Source of the DNA: Macrostomum hystrix
Lineage: Eukaryota > Animalia > Platyhelminthes
DNA: 64,000 nucleotides
Direction of reading: 5' to 3'
NCBI GenBank assembly: GCA_950097015.1
Contig: CATNEN010000038.1
Location: 28,024,001 to 28,088,000 of the forward strand
How positions within the stretch are numbered: the first letter of the stretch is position 1; every line of letters begins with the position of its first letter. The notes under the pieces were generated by a model. The model had not been told where the DNA came from, searched no databases, and saw nothing but the letters and a program-made list of their open reading frames with translations. Below, one piece after another: positions 38,701 to 51,800 of the stretch. Made by a program: the position numbers and the translations under genes.

Positions 38701-39877
38701 GATGGTTTGTAAAGTGCATGCGCCCGAGCGTTGCCAGGCGCAAGGTCTGAACCAGAACGCTCGTTATTCTGAACGGCGTATTTTTTTTTATGTAGTTGGC
38801 CTCGTTTTTGTCTATCCGAAGGCCCAACGCGCGTAGGGCTGTGATCCCCAGGTTTCGATTCTCCATCTTGTTGATTTCGCCAGCCGGCGTGTCGTCCAAC
38901 TTTTCAGAACTGACCACGACATTTTTTTCGTCCACCGAGTCGGCCTTGATCAGGTTGGCCATAGCGCACAAAATGACGCCTTCGTACGAGCGCATGAAAA
39001 TACTTACTTCCGTCAGAGGCAAATGATTGACTGCCAGGGGGTTGTTGCGCAACAGAATGTTGAAGTGTTCCACAATGCAGGCCATGTCATTGCCATAGAC
39101 GGCTCGCACTTCCTTTTCAGTGAGTACCATGGCCTTGGATTCGAACTCTTGATACTGCGTGCGTTGTGATAGTTGATCAGCAGAGAGCAAATTCGAATAG
39201 TTAATACGAGCATATAATATACTTGTACATATTTTCCATACTTTCACTGAACAAAGACAAGTATTTACTTCAAATACTTTAAATACGGGCAATGGTATAT
39301 CAATTGGTGACACTAGACCCACAGCCAGCCAGGAGGCAATTCTGCTGATTTCGCTGACTCCTGAGCACACACGCACACAGATACTGCACACAGCCACGCG
39401 CTCACACAGGTGTGTACATCTGCCCTGACTTTCTCATCGTCAGGCAGTGTACACTTCACTGCGCCTTGGAGGTTGGCCCTTAAGGGTGTAAATTGCAATG
39501 ACAAGCCTCCCAAGCCTTACAAGCCTCCCAAGCCTTACAAGCCTCCCAAGCAACCCAACTTAATGTGGCCTCGTCGCGGAATCGAACTTAGGGACCGTAT
39601 TGCGAGATGCAAACGCGTTAACCGCTCTGCCACCGAACCCCATCAACATTCCACACATCTGGAATTTTCTGTGACGAGAGCAGAAGAAATTCTTTGATAG
39701 ACTCACCGTTGACTCCTTCGTGACCTCAGTCTCAACCAAGGTAATGTATGCACCATTTATGATTATAGAACTGGAAGTTGATCTAGTGGTTTTAGTCGTC
39801 GTAGTTGACGTCACTGTTTTGCTTGTTGTAGTTTTTGTAGTTGTTGTAGTTGTTTTCTTTGGATTTTTTTCATTCAT
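35747..39877 (-). CDS. Divergent fimbrin/plastin-like protein (four calponin-homology domains), about 693 aa
   Basis: Phase-consistent exons 39877-39707, 39154-38652, 38031-37461, 37180-36824, 36226-35747. CH-type segments EGVILCAMANLIKADSVDE, MENRNLGITALRALG, EKMLLLWVNYQLKKAG, LADSRVYAVLL, RWLNSFG...SDLCNGSILLQVWDAMIPGSVNWSKVN, ADIVAGENKNVLSLVFLMMR, DDNGLVKWFNEKM. Confidence 0.8.
36272..36790. repeat. 21-bp minisatellite (ctgtccaatctgtatcctgca)
   Basis: Last intron of the fimbrin-like gene. Confidence 0.95.
38110..38570. repeat. 28-bp minisatellite (gagtgaggtggttgtaggatgacgcaaa)
   Basis: Fimbrin-like gene intron 2. Confidence 0.9.
39270..39641 (-). mobile_element. tRNA-derived SINE family 1, near full-length copy
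   Basis: Minus strand reads GGGGTTCGGTGGCAGAGCGGTTAACGCG (A box 39632-39622) ... GTTCGATTCC (B box 39587-39578), then the body shared with two other copies; in fimbrin-like intron 1. Confidence 0.85.
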
Positions 39878-40459
39878 TTTTCGCTAATAGTTGATTTTTA
39901 AGCAAGTTTAATGTGTGGACGGAATGAAGCATCTGCTGCTGAAAAGCACCTAATTTATCGATTCATTACCTTTGAAGGCAGTGTAAAAATAGATTTCTAC
40001 CATAGACAACTGTTGATTGTCAAATGAATGACAAATTAATGACATCCTTTTGTAATAGGCCAGTTCTGACAAATGTACTTTTAAAGTTTACTCTGTTAAA
40101 TAATGCAATCGTATATATTTGTAATTATCGTTATTCTGGTCTTTATTTTATGTAACAACTGTAACAGCTGATGCACGGAGACTAAGTTTAGAGGACTAGT
40201 TTAGAATATGGTAGAGGTAAAGATTTTTTTTTTAATTTTGGGGTGGTGGGTAAGGGTGAGTAAATATCGATCACCTTCTAAGTATACGTACGCAATGTAC
40301 ATGCACTCAGGTTTTACCTCCGGTTTAATTTCTTATCTCTCCAGAAAAATCCGGTATGCTTGCGTAGCTTGACTAAAGATTGACTAAAAACAAATAGTAA
40401 GACTAGATTCGCTACTTCTAGTAGTATTAACAGTCATGCGAATTCGAAATTAGTTTGGG

Positions 40460-41000
40460 AAGGGTTTGGAGCACCTTTCTATACATGGTTTAGAACACCT
40501 GTTCATTACGGGTTTGATAAACCTGTCTATAAACTAGGCTTGGAACACCTGTTCATTATGCGTTTGGAACAACTGTTCATTACGGGTTTGGAACACCTGT
40601 TCATTACGAGTTTAGAACACCTGTTTATAACGGGTTTGGAACACCTGTTCATTACTGGTCTGGAACACCTGTTCATTACGGGTTTGGAACACCTGTTTAT
40701 TACGGGTTTGGAACACCTGTCTTTACTTTGTTTAGAACACCTGTCTATAACAGGCTTGGAACACCTGTTCATTACAGGCTTGGAACACCTTTTTATTACC
40801 GGTTTGGAACACCTGTTCATTACGGGTTTGATAAACCTGTCTATAAATTAGGCTTGGAACACCTGTTCATTACGGGTTTGGAACACCTGTTCATTACGGG
40901 TTTGGAACACCTGTTCATTACGGGTTTGGAACACCTGTTCATTATGGGTTTGGAACACCTGTTCATTACTGGTTTAGAATACCTGTCTGTAATATGTTTT
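40460..41000. repeat. 24-bp minisatellite (gggtttggaacacctgttcattac)
   Basis: Upstream of the fimbrin-like gene. Confidence 0.93.
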
Positions 41001-41944
41001 AAATAACTGTTAACAGGTCTGCGAAAAAAAACTCTGTTTAGAACACGCAATGTGGAAATTTGTCAAATCGGTCAAGCTTTGTGGCTAAAATATCAAATCA
41101 ATACTGAGTGTTTAAGTTATTTGCATTCTACAGTCGCATTGTGAGTAAGACACAGAGTTACAGCTCAGAGACCAATATTGATAGAGGCAGAAAAATTTAT
41201 TTCTGCCCCGCAATTCCCCCCGCATGCGAAGTCCGGTTCAAGTGTTGGATATTTTGGTATCCAACTTTTTGTGGATGAGAATTGCTTTACTCACATCACG
41301 CCAGCCATGCAGACGCTGAACGAAAGCAGAAAAAGCAATTGAAAAAAAGACGGGCTCCCCTATATTATATGACACTCACTCACTCACCGCTATCGCATAG
41401 GTGTTGTATTGTGCTGGTGGTGACTATCACTGCAGTCGAAGGGGTTATGGGTGTAGAATGCAATAGAAATTCAATCCACTATTTTGTTATATCCTTCTAG
41501 TAACTTTGCTTCAATTTATTTTAGCAGAAAACTGCATATTGAATTCATATCCGACTTTTCAAATATCTTTGTTGCTCTTGTTGATGAGAGGCATGCGGGA
41601 TGTGTTGGGGAGTATGCAGTTTGATCAACTTGAAACTGACTGTTGATAGTGGACACCGAATTTCTAACATAACCACGTGCAAAATAATTATTAAAACAAT
41701 GCTGCCCACCTTGCGGGCGATGCTGGAAAAAATTTAAGTTGATAATAACTGTATCGCTTGTTCATGTAATAAAATGTGACAAGACCATGCAACTAAAAAG
41801 GGGAGTTGGACTTTTATACACCTGAATATTTTGTTTTTTTTAGATTTAAAGTTTAAGAATCATAGCTTGTTTTTATCTATCAGATGAATTACCTGTGGGT
41901 GATCTCATTCGGAAATTCATATATATTTGAAACATATCCTCATG

Positions 41945-42465
41945 TCTCGTGATCCTATTCCTTTCTCACGTGATCCTATTCCTTTCTTATGTGATCATAT
42001 TCCTTTCTCATGTGATCCTATTCCTTTCTCGCGCGATCCTATTTCTGTCTCGTGATCCTATTCCTTTATCATGTGATCCTATTCCTTTCTCACGTGTTCC
42101 TATTTCTGTCTCGTGATCCTATTCCTTTCTCACGTGTTCCTATTTCTGTCTCGTGATCCTATTCCTTTCTCACGTGATCCTATTCCTTTCTTATGTGATC
42201 CTATTACTTTCTCATGTGATCCTATTCCTTTCTCGCGCGATCCTATTTCTGTCTCGTGATCCTATTCCTTTCTCATGTGATCCTATTCCTTTATCATGTG
42301 ATCCTATTCCTTTCTCACGTGATCCTATTCCTTTCTCGCGCGATCCTATTTCTGTCTCGTGATCCTATTCCTTTCTCATGTGATCCTATTCCTTTCTCAC
42401 GTGATCCTATTCCTTTCTCACGTGATCCTATTCCTTTCTCACGTGATCCTATTCCTTTCTCATTC
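41945..42465. repeat. 21-bp minisatellite (gtgatcctattcctttctcac)
   Basis: Intergenic tandem array. Confidence 0.94.
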
Positions 42466-42959
42466 AACGGGTCTCTCATCTAAACTATCCGCTCAAAATT
42501 TTAATTTCATCTAGTTTAATATTATTTCACTGTCTCTGAAAAAGAACTGAACAAAATGGTATATAAATTTAGCTTTTGACTGCCCAGCCGTTATCACTCG
42601 TATGTTTACCGCTCTCCCATTTCTCTTCCAGCTTTGACCACAGACTCCCAGTTGAATATAACGCGATGAATTAATAATTAGGCTTAGAGAGTAATTAAGC
42701 GTCAAGGTGGCTGCAGTTGCTGCTGCGAAATTTTGATGCTGATGACTCGCTTTGTCCATGCATTGCTAAGCTTTTTGGAGGCTGATTTCTGGGGGATGCT
42801 TTTTTGGTTACCGCGCTCAGACTGCCCGGAGACAACGAGGGTCCAGACAAAAATGCGGGAAGAGTTGATTGGAGGGTGGGGTGGCAAGAGGCTGTGTGTG
42901 AGCCTCGTAGAGAAGGCTTGCAAACTTAATTTGAAAAATTGATAACAGGTTTGAAAAAA

Positions 42960-43310
42960 ACGGAGTGAGAGGGGGAGCGGTAGAGTGAGAGGGAGAGTGG
43001 TAGAGGCAGAGGGAGAGTGGTAGAGGCAGAGGGAGAGTGGTAGAGGCAGAGGGATAGTGGTAGAGGCAGAGGGAGAGTGGTAGAGGCAGAGGGAGAGTGG
43101 TAGAGGCAGAGGGAGAGTGGTAGAGTCAGAGGGAGAGCGGTAGAGTGAGAGGGAGAGTGAGACGGAGAGCGCTAGAGTGACACGGAGAGTGAGAAGTAGA
43201 GCGTAGAGTCAGAGGGAGAGCGGTAGAGTGAGAGGGAGAGCGGAAGAGTGAGAGGGAGAGCGGTAGAGTGAGAGGGAGAGCGGTAGAGTGAGAGGGAGAG
43301 CGGTAGAGTG
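42960..43310. repeat. 20-bp purine-rich minisatellite (gagggagagtggtagaggca)
   Basis: Intergenic tandem array. Confidence 0.92.
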
Positions 43311-43924
43311 AGATAGCAAGTTAGAGTGCATCGATTAAGTTTAGAGTCAGACAAGTGTTTAGTTTTAAACTGGCCGTCAACGCCATCATGAAGCTACTCA
43401 TTAAAGTGACTGCTATTCACTGCAAATTAAATGTTACATTATTCGTCATTTTCATATTTGGAAAACTTTTGAAAATTGCCTGTTTCCTTGCAATTAGAGA
43501 CAAGTTAATATACATTTATTTTATTTAATTAAATAAAAAAGTTGTATTTAACTGCTCTTTAATGATTATCAGGGCCGCGGACAAGCAGACATTGTGGCGA
43601 CAGCGGTGGCGGCGGCAGCGGCGGCTGCGTCAATGAGAATGAAGATCTTGCGAAATTTACATCAACTAAATAACTATACGGTTTCTGTTGCGATAGCAGA
43701 AAAAAAGAATTGAACCGAATTAAGAGATAAAAATTTTTTTTCTCTTCGTATGACTTATGGACACGCTGTATGCGGGTTGTAATTAAAATAGTAATTTTTT
43801 GTTGATTATAACACGACCACCGCTGGCCGCTCAGTTTCACATGACATGCAGGACACACACGAGACCATGGTTAAATACCGCAACTTTGCAATCTATCATC
43901 TATCATGATCTATCATGCCTGCCC

Positions 43925-44770
43925 AAAGTCCCCCCTGACACCCACAGTCCCCCCTGATTCCCGCAGTCCCCCCCCTGACAACCCACAGTCTCTACCGACA
44001 CCCGCAGTCCCCCCTGACACCCACAGTCCCCCCTGACACCCAAAATCCCCCCTGACACCCACAGTCCCCCCTGACACCCAAAGTCCCCCTGACACCCACA
44101 GTCCCCCCAGATTCCCGCAGTCCCCCCTGACAACCCACAGTCCCCCCCTGATTCCCGCAGTCCCCCCCTGACAACCCACAGTCTCTACCGACACCCGCAG
44201 TCCCCCCTGACACCCACAGTCCCCCCTGACACCCAAAATCCCCCCTGACACCCACAGTCCCCCCTGACACCCGCAGTCCCCCCTGACACCCACAGTCCCC
44301 CCTGACACCCAAAATCCCCCCTGACACCCACAGTCCCCCCTGACACCCGCAGTCCCCCCTGACACCCACAGTCCCCCCTGACACTCAAAATCCCCCTGAC
44401 ACCCACAGTCCCCCCTGACACCCAAAGTCCCCCCTGACACCCACAGTCTCTACTGACACCCCACAGTCTCTCCTGACAACCCACAGTCTCTACTGACACC
44501 CCACAGTCTCTCCTGACAACCCACAGTCTCTCCTGACAACCCACAGTCTCTACTGACACCCCACAGTCTCACCTGACAACCCACAGTCACTATTGACACC
44601 CCACAGTCACTACTGACACCCCACAGTCTCTACTGACACCCCACAGTCTCTACTGACACCCCACAGTCTCTACTGACACCCCACAGTCTCTACTGACACC
44701 CCACAGTCTCTCCTGACACCCTGTCTTATCTGACACCCTACATGTCCGTCTACATCTGACACCCACAGTC
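43925..44770. repeat. 20-bp C-rich minisatellite (ctgacacccacagtcccccc)
   Basis: Upstream of the Blimp-1 promoter; G-run-rich on the minus strand. Confidence 0.93.
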
Positions 44771-44886
44771 TTATCTGTCACACATTTTTAAGCAACTACT
44801 GATCAAGACATTAAACTAGGAGCAAAAAAGTGAGCATGTACGCTCGTAATATTTGATGACAACGGTAAAGTAAAAAGCCGCAGTAG

Positions 44887-45264
44887 TGACGTCATTTTCT
44901 TCATCCGCCCCAGTTGGCTCTCAATCCCACTTATTTTCCTATCCTTCCCTTAGCTGTCCCCGTGATTAGAAATTTATAGTTGAGGAGTCGTAGCAGCGCG
45001 ATAGAAATTAAATGCGGCAATTCCGCTCGGCCAATCGGAAGCTAGCTGGTTGGGCACCGCGAGGGAGAAAGGCAAGTTTTAGGAAGCGTGAGCAACTGGG
45101 CGATCCGACAGCCAATGAGAGTGAAGCTAGCTGTGTAACTGTCTGCTAATTTTTTCTTGCTTAACTAGCCGCGGAAAATAATCGTGTATAAATATCTGAA
45201 CAGATAACCTGGGACAGGGGAAACTTGACGCTCTTCAAAGGATTGCCTAGGATTGTCTAAGTTG
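44887..45264 (+). promoter_or_regulatory. Probable Blimp-1 core promoter and non-coding first exon
   Basis: Perfect CRE TGACGTCA 44887-44894, CCAAT boxes at 45031 and 45112, TATAAATA 45187-45194, donor G|GTGAGT at 45265 and acceptor tttacag at about 45713 before the ATG at 45746. Confidence 0.55.
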
Positions 45265-45344
45265 GTGAGTACCCTTTTAAATGTGAGAAATACAAGTAGA
45301 TCCGCGTCCGAACTTATAGTGGCTGAAACTGAGAAAGCTGTCTT

Positions 45345-45660
45345 TCACCTGAATACACTGTTGTCCTTCACCTGAAGGTATCGTTGTCCTTCACCTGAAG
45401 GTATCGTTGTCCTTCACCTGAAGGTATCGTTGTCCTTCACCTGAAGAAACTGTTGTCCTTGACCTGAAGAAACTGTTGTCCTTCACCTGAAGAAACTGTT
45501 GTCCTTTTTCTGGAGGTACTATTTTTTGTCCTTCACCTGAAGAAACTGTTGTCCTTCACCTGAAGAAACTGTTGTCATTTCTCCAGTAGGTACTGTTGTC
45601 CTTCACCTGAAGAAACTGTTGTCCTTCACCTGAAGAAACTGTTGTCTTTCACCTGAATCT
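45345..45660. repeat. 23-bp minisatellite (tgttgtccttcacctgaagaaac)
   Basis: In the putative 5'UTR intron of Blimp-1. Confidence 0.9.
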
Positions 45661-45745
45661 GTCTTTTTCAATCCCACGAATGATTTAATAAATTAATTTG
45701 AATTGATTTACAGATCCGCTAATCTGTTTACAACTCAGCTGCAAA

Positions 45746-45774
45746 ATGGTCAGCGAAGAACCATTGTGGCGACC

Positions 45775-45821
<47 letters not shown>

Positions 45822-48800
45822 CTGTCTTTTCATTCAAGGACAAATATTATAGCCCTAAAACAGCTAACAACAACAGCAGCATCAGCAGCAGCATCAGCAG
45901 CAGCAGCCCTGTAACAGACTCTAGCTTCCTACACCAATCTGCTACATATATCGTGCCAAATAGAGAGGATCCAATATCACCAGCATCATCATCAGCAGCA
46001 ACAGCCGATTCCACATATTCAACGCCAAAAGACGGTTGCTCGGGTTTGCCCAGAAATCTAATGGTTCGGCGTAGCAACAGCAGCAGCAGCAGCAATAGCA
46101 GAGCTGTAAGTATGCTATTCAAGCTAACTGTTTAACCGCATGCTCAGTTTTTTCTGCTATTTTATAGTACTATATATTAAATTATATAGAGAATAAGAGC
46201 GAGTCTGGAGGTATAGACAGGAGACATTGAAATAACTGACTATAATTATACGTCTTGCGGTTATCTCTAGATATAGTGAGCAATTTTAATTGACACACAG
46301 AGACAGAGAGAGAAGTCTATATAGCTGTATTGTATAAATGATGCACTCGAATATTGTTACGTCTCATTGTATATAGATTATAGAGACGACTCAGATAATT
46401 CTGAGTAAAATAGAAATGAACATAGAAGTGAAGTAAGTGAAGAACCTGCAGCTAACCAGTTTGAGCAATATACTACATATCCATCGCTTTTTTAATGAGT
46501 GAGCAAACGGTTAGGCATCATTCTCTCAAATGATAACCTTGCGAGGCTAAGTCACAGAATGGAATTGGAAACAATATTGAAGAATGGGGTGGGGTCACTT
46601 TAGATTTTCAGTTGCTTTTTGGTAAATAAAAATATGAATCTTAAAAGCCTTCAGTTTGGGATTTTGCTTTAGTGTGGGCGATAAAATTGTCTGCAGGAAA
46701 TAATCAAGGTTAAGCCTGCGTTTGGGAGAATAATTTTATTACTTAGAGATCGGCCACAAACAAAGACTTTGATCCAGTTTTCCCCGAATAATATTGAGTC
46801 CCGAAACTGTGTCTCCACATTTCACAGCTGCTCAAGATTGTTCTCAAGATTACATGTTGAAATGCTGTTGCTGCTGCTGCTGCTGCATGCAATATAAAAT
46901 ACTTTTTGTACGTGAAATTATGCAAATTAAAGAATTAAGAACAAAGACAATGATCTTTTGAGCACTGTGCTGCAGTCCAATCGTTTTGTAGACATAGACA
47001 GGTCAATGAATCATTATTCATATTAGTTAACAGCCTGAAGATTGTCATCCAATCTGAATGTTTTTGTATGGGGTATCGTTCGTTTAAACCTGAACTTTTT
47101 CCACTCTAATCCTGAAAGTTTGCTCAGTCTGAAGATTCTTTTAACCTGAAGATTCCTTTAACCTGAAGATTCTTTCAGCCTGAAGTTTCTTTCAACCTGA
47201 AGGTTCCTTTAACCTGAAGATTCCTTTAACCTGAGGATTCCTTTAACCTGAGGATTCCTTTAACCTGAAGATTCCTTTAACCTGAAGATTCCTTTAACCT
47301 GAAGATTCCTTTAACCTGAAGATTCCTTTAACCCGAAGATTCCTTTTACCTGAAGATTCCCTCAACCTGAAGATTCCCTCAACCTGAATATTTCTTTAAC
47401 CTGAAGATTCCTTTAACCTGAGGATTCCTTTAACCTGAGGATTCCTTTAACCTGAAGATTCCTTTAACCTGAAGATTCCTTTAACCCGAAGATTCCTTTT
47501 ACCTGAAGATTCCCTCAACCTGAAGATTCCTTTAACCTGAAGATTCCTTTAACCTAAAGATTCCTTTAACCTGAAGATTTCTTCTACCTGAAGATTCCTT
47601 TAACCTGAAGATTCCTTTAACCTGAAGATTCCTTTAACCTAAAGATTCCTTTAACCTGAAGATTCCTTCTACCTGAAGATTCCTTTAACCTGAAGATTCC
47701 TTTAACCTGAAGATTCCTTTAACCTGAGGATTCCTTTAACCTGAAGATTCCTTTAACCTGAAGATTCCTTTAACCTGAAGATTCCTTTAACCTGAAGATT
47801 CCTTTAACCTGAAGATTCCTTTAACCTGAAGATTCCTTTAACCTGAAGATTCCTTTAACCTAAAGATTCCTTTAACCTGAAGATTCCTTCTACCTGAAGA
47901 TTCCTTTAACCTGAAGATTCCTTTAACCTAAAGATTCCTTTAACCTGAAGATTCCTTCTACCTGAAGATTCCTTTAACCTGAAGATTCCTTTAACCTGAA
48001 GATTCCTTTAACCTAAAGATTCCTTTAACCTGAAGATTCCTTCTACCTGAAGATTCCTTTAACCTGAAGATTCCTTTTACCTGAAGATTCCTTTAACCTG
48101 AAGATTCCTTTAACCTAAAGATTCCTTTAACCTGAAGATTCCTTCTACCTGAAGATTCCTTTAACCTGAAGATTCCTTTAACCTAAAGATTCCTTTAACC
48201 TGAAGATTCCTTCTACCTGAAGATTCCTTTAACCTGAAGATTCCTTTAACCTGAAGATTCCTTTAACCTAAAGATTCCTTTAACCTGAAGATTCCTTCTA
48301 CCTGAAGATTCCTTTAACCTGAAGATTCCTTTAACCTGAAGATTCCTTTAACCTGAAGATTTCTTCTACCTGAAGATTCCTTTAACTTGAAGATTCCTTT
48401 AACCTGAAGATTCCTTTAACCTGAAGATTCCTTTAACCTGAGGATTCCTTTAACCTGAAGATTCCTTTAACCTGAAGATTCCTTTAACCTGAAGATTCCT
48501 TTAACCTGAAGATTCCTTTAACCTGAAGATTCCTTTTACCTGAAGATTCCTTTAACCTGAAGATTCCTTTAACCTAAAGATTCCTTTAACCTGAAGATTC
48601 CTTCTACCTGAAGATTCCTTTAACCTGAAGATTCCTTTAACCTAAAGATTCCTTTAACCTGAAGATTCCTTCTACCTGAAGATTCCTTTAACCTGAAGAT
48701 TCCTTTAACCTGAAGATTCCTTTAACCTAAAGATTCCTTTAACCTGAAGATTCCTTCTACCTGAAGATTCCTTTAACCTGAAGATTCCTTTAACCTAAAG

Positions 48801-51800
48801 ATTCCTTTAACCTGAAGATTTCTTCTACCTGAAGATTCCTTTAACTTGAAGATTCCTTTAACCTGAAGATTCCTTTAACCTGAAGATTCCTTTAACCTGA
48901 GGAATTCTTTAACCTGAGGATTCCTTTAAGTTGAAGATTCCTTTACGAGCTCGTAACTTGAAGATTCATTTAACCTGAGGATTCCTTCTACCTGAAGATT
49001 CCTTTAACCTGAAGATTCCTTTAACTTGAAGATTCCTTTAACCTGAAGATTTCTTTAACCTGAAGATTTCTTTAACCTGAAGATTCCTTTAACCTGAGGA
49101 TTCCTTTAAGTTGAAGATTCATTTAACCTGAAGATTCCTTTAACCTGAAGATTCCTTTAACCTGAAGATTCATTTTACCTGAAGATTCATTTAACCTGAA
49201 GATTCCTTTAACCTGAGGATTCCTTTAACCTGAAGATTCATTTAACCTGAAGATTCCTTTAACCTGAAGATTCCTTTAACCTGAAGATTCCTTTAACCTG
49301 AAGATTCCTTTAACCTGAGGATTCCTTTAACCTGAAGATTCATTTAACCTGAGGATTCCTTTTACCTGAAGATTCGTTCAACCTGAAGATTGTCAGAAGA
49401 CATTATATTGGAGTTTATGAGGCATTTTAAATATTTCACTCAAAAATGTGCATAAAAATTGAGCAGCTCTGGGGGATTGCCTGAGAATTTCATTTTTTAT
49501 TATTTCAAATTCCCAATCAATAATTTCTGATTACGCCTCACTGATTGACAATAAATTCGCCAATATAGGAAGCAATCAAAATGAAACACGCGCCAGTTGA
49601 GGCTGAAATATCAATTGATTCTGATTGTGATTGTTATTATTATCGGGGTTTTTTTCCTGTCACAGAAACTGGAAATGAGCGAGTGAAACAGACATTTATT
49701 GCGAGATGAGAGAGAGTGAGTGAGTGAGCAGATTTCAGAATCGCAAAAAATCCAACACGGAAATTTAATATTGTTTCATTTTTCATAAACAGAAAAATTG
49801 ATGACAGTCGCTGCATGCATGCGTTATAGTGAATCGCATGCGCGCTCTGAAACTCAAACTCAGACTCTCTCTGTTCCCCTTTAACCGCCTCTCAAGCGAA
49901 TCTTGTTGTAAAAAACACACTGAATTGCGTAGTCTGAACAATTGATTATCCGCTTCGGTGTCAGAAGATACAATTGCTGATTATGAATTAAGCCAGCTGT
50001 AGAAAACATAAAAAAATAGATTCCCCACTAGTATGAAATCGTTTAACCCCTCACCGCAGTGTCAGTCTGTTTGGAGCAACGACGTTATACCGAGAGGCAC
50101 CAGATTTGGTCCATTGTTGGGACGATTGTGCAATACGGCTACTGAAAAATGCTGGAAGGTAAGCTTAAATGGAGTATATCTGTCTGAGCTTCAGTCTTAT
50201 CAACCTGAAGCCTTTATCAACCTGAAGCTTTTATCAACCTAAAGGTTTTATCAACCTGAAGCTTTTATCAACCTGAAGCTTTTATCAACCTGAAGCTTTT
50301 ATCAACCTAAAGGTTTTATCAACCTGAAGCTTTTATCAACCTGAAGCCTTTATGAACCTGAAGCTTTTATCAACCTGAAGCCTTTATGAACCTGAAGCTT
50401 TTATCAACCTAAAGCTTTTACCAACCTGAAGCTTTTATCAACCTGAAGGTTTTATCAACCTGAAGCTTTTATCAACCTGAAGCTTTTATCAACCTAAAGG
50501 TTTTATCAACCTGAAGCTTTTATCAACCTGAAGCCTTTATGAACCTGAAGCTTTTATCAACCTGAAGCCTTTATGAACCTGAAGCTTTTATCAACCTGAA
50601 GGTTTTATCAACCTGAAGCTTTTATCAACCTGAAGCTTTTACCGACCTGAAGCTTTTATCAACCTGAAGGTTTTATCAACCTGAAGGTTTTATCAACCTG
50701 AAGCTTTTACCGACCTGAAGCTTTTATCAACCTGAAGGTTTTATCAACCTGAAGCTTTTATCAACCTGAAGGTTTTATCGACATGAAGGTTTATCAACCA
50801 GAAGGTTTTATCAACCTGAAACTTTTATCAACCTGAAGGTTTTATCGACATGAAGGTTTATGAACCTGAAGGTTTTACCGACCTGAAGCTTTTATCAACC
50901 TGAAGGTTTTATTAACCTGAAGGTTTTATCGACATGAAGGTTTATCAACCAGAAGGTTTTATCGACCTGAAGCTTTTATCAACCTGAAGCTTTTATCAAC
51001 CTGAAGCTTTTATCAACCTGAAGCCTTTATGAACCTGAAGCTTTTATCAACCTAAAGCTTTTACCAACCTGAAGCTTTTATCAACCTGAAGGTTTTATCA
51101 ACCTGAAGCTTTTATCAACCTGAAGCTTTTATCAACCTAAAGGTTTTATCAACCTGAAGCTTTTATCAACCTGAAGCCTTTATGAACCTGAAGCTTTTAT
51201 CAACCTGAAGCCTTTATGAACCTGAAGCTTTTATCAACCTGAAGGTTTTATCAACCTGAAGCTTTTATCAACCTGAAGCTTTTATCAACCTGAATGTTTT
51301 ATCAACCTGAAGCCTTTATGAACCTGAAGCTTTTATCAACCTGAAGCCTTTATGAACCTGAAGCTTTTATCAACCTAAAGCTTTTACCGACCTGAAGCTT
51401 TTATCAACCTGAAGGTTTTATCAACCTGAAGCTTTTATCAACCTGAAGCTTTTACCGACCTGAAGCTTTTATCAACCTGAAGGTTTTATCAACCTGAAGC
51501 TTTTATCAACCTGAAGGTTTTATCGACATGAAGGTTTATCAACCAGAAGGTTTTATCAACCTGAAACTTTTATCAACCTGAAGGTTTTATCGACATGAAG
51601 GTTTATCAACCAGAAGGTTTTAGCAACTCCACCATCGACCATCTCCGCTCGCAGATTGTGTCAGCCAACGGGTCGTGTCAGTACTGCGATGTCACATGCT
51701 TGCGTCGCAGCAACTGGCTTGGCGCCGTTCGCCAAAGCCCTAGCGGCGGTCACAACTTAGCGGTGGCTGAGCACGAGGGCCAGCTGTACTTTTACACCGT

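Noticed and set aside
45061-45130. Blimp-1 autoregulatory GAAAG sites
   Set aside because: Only partial matches to the consensus; expected by chance.
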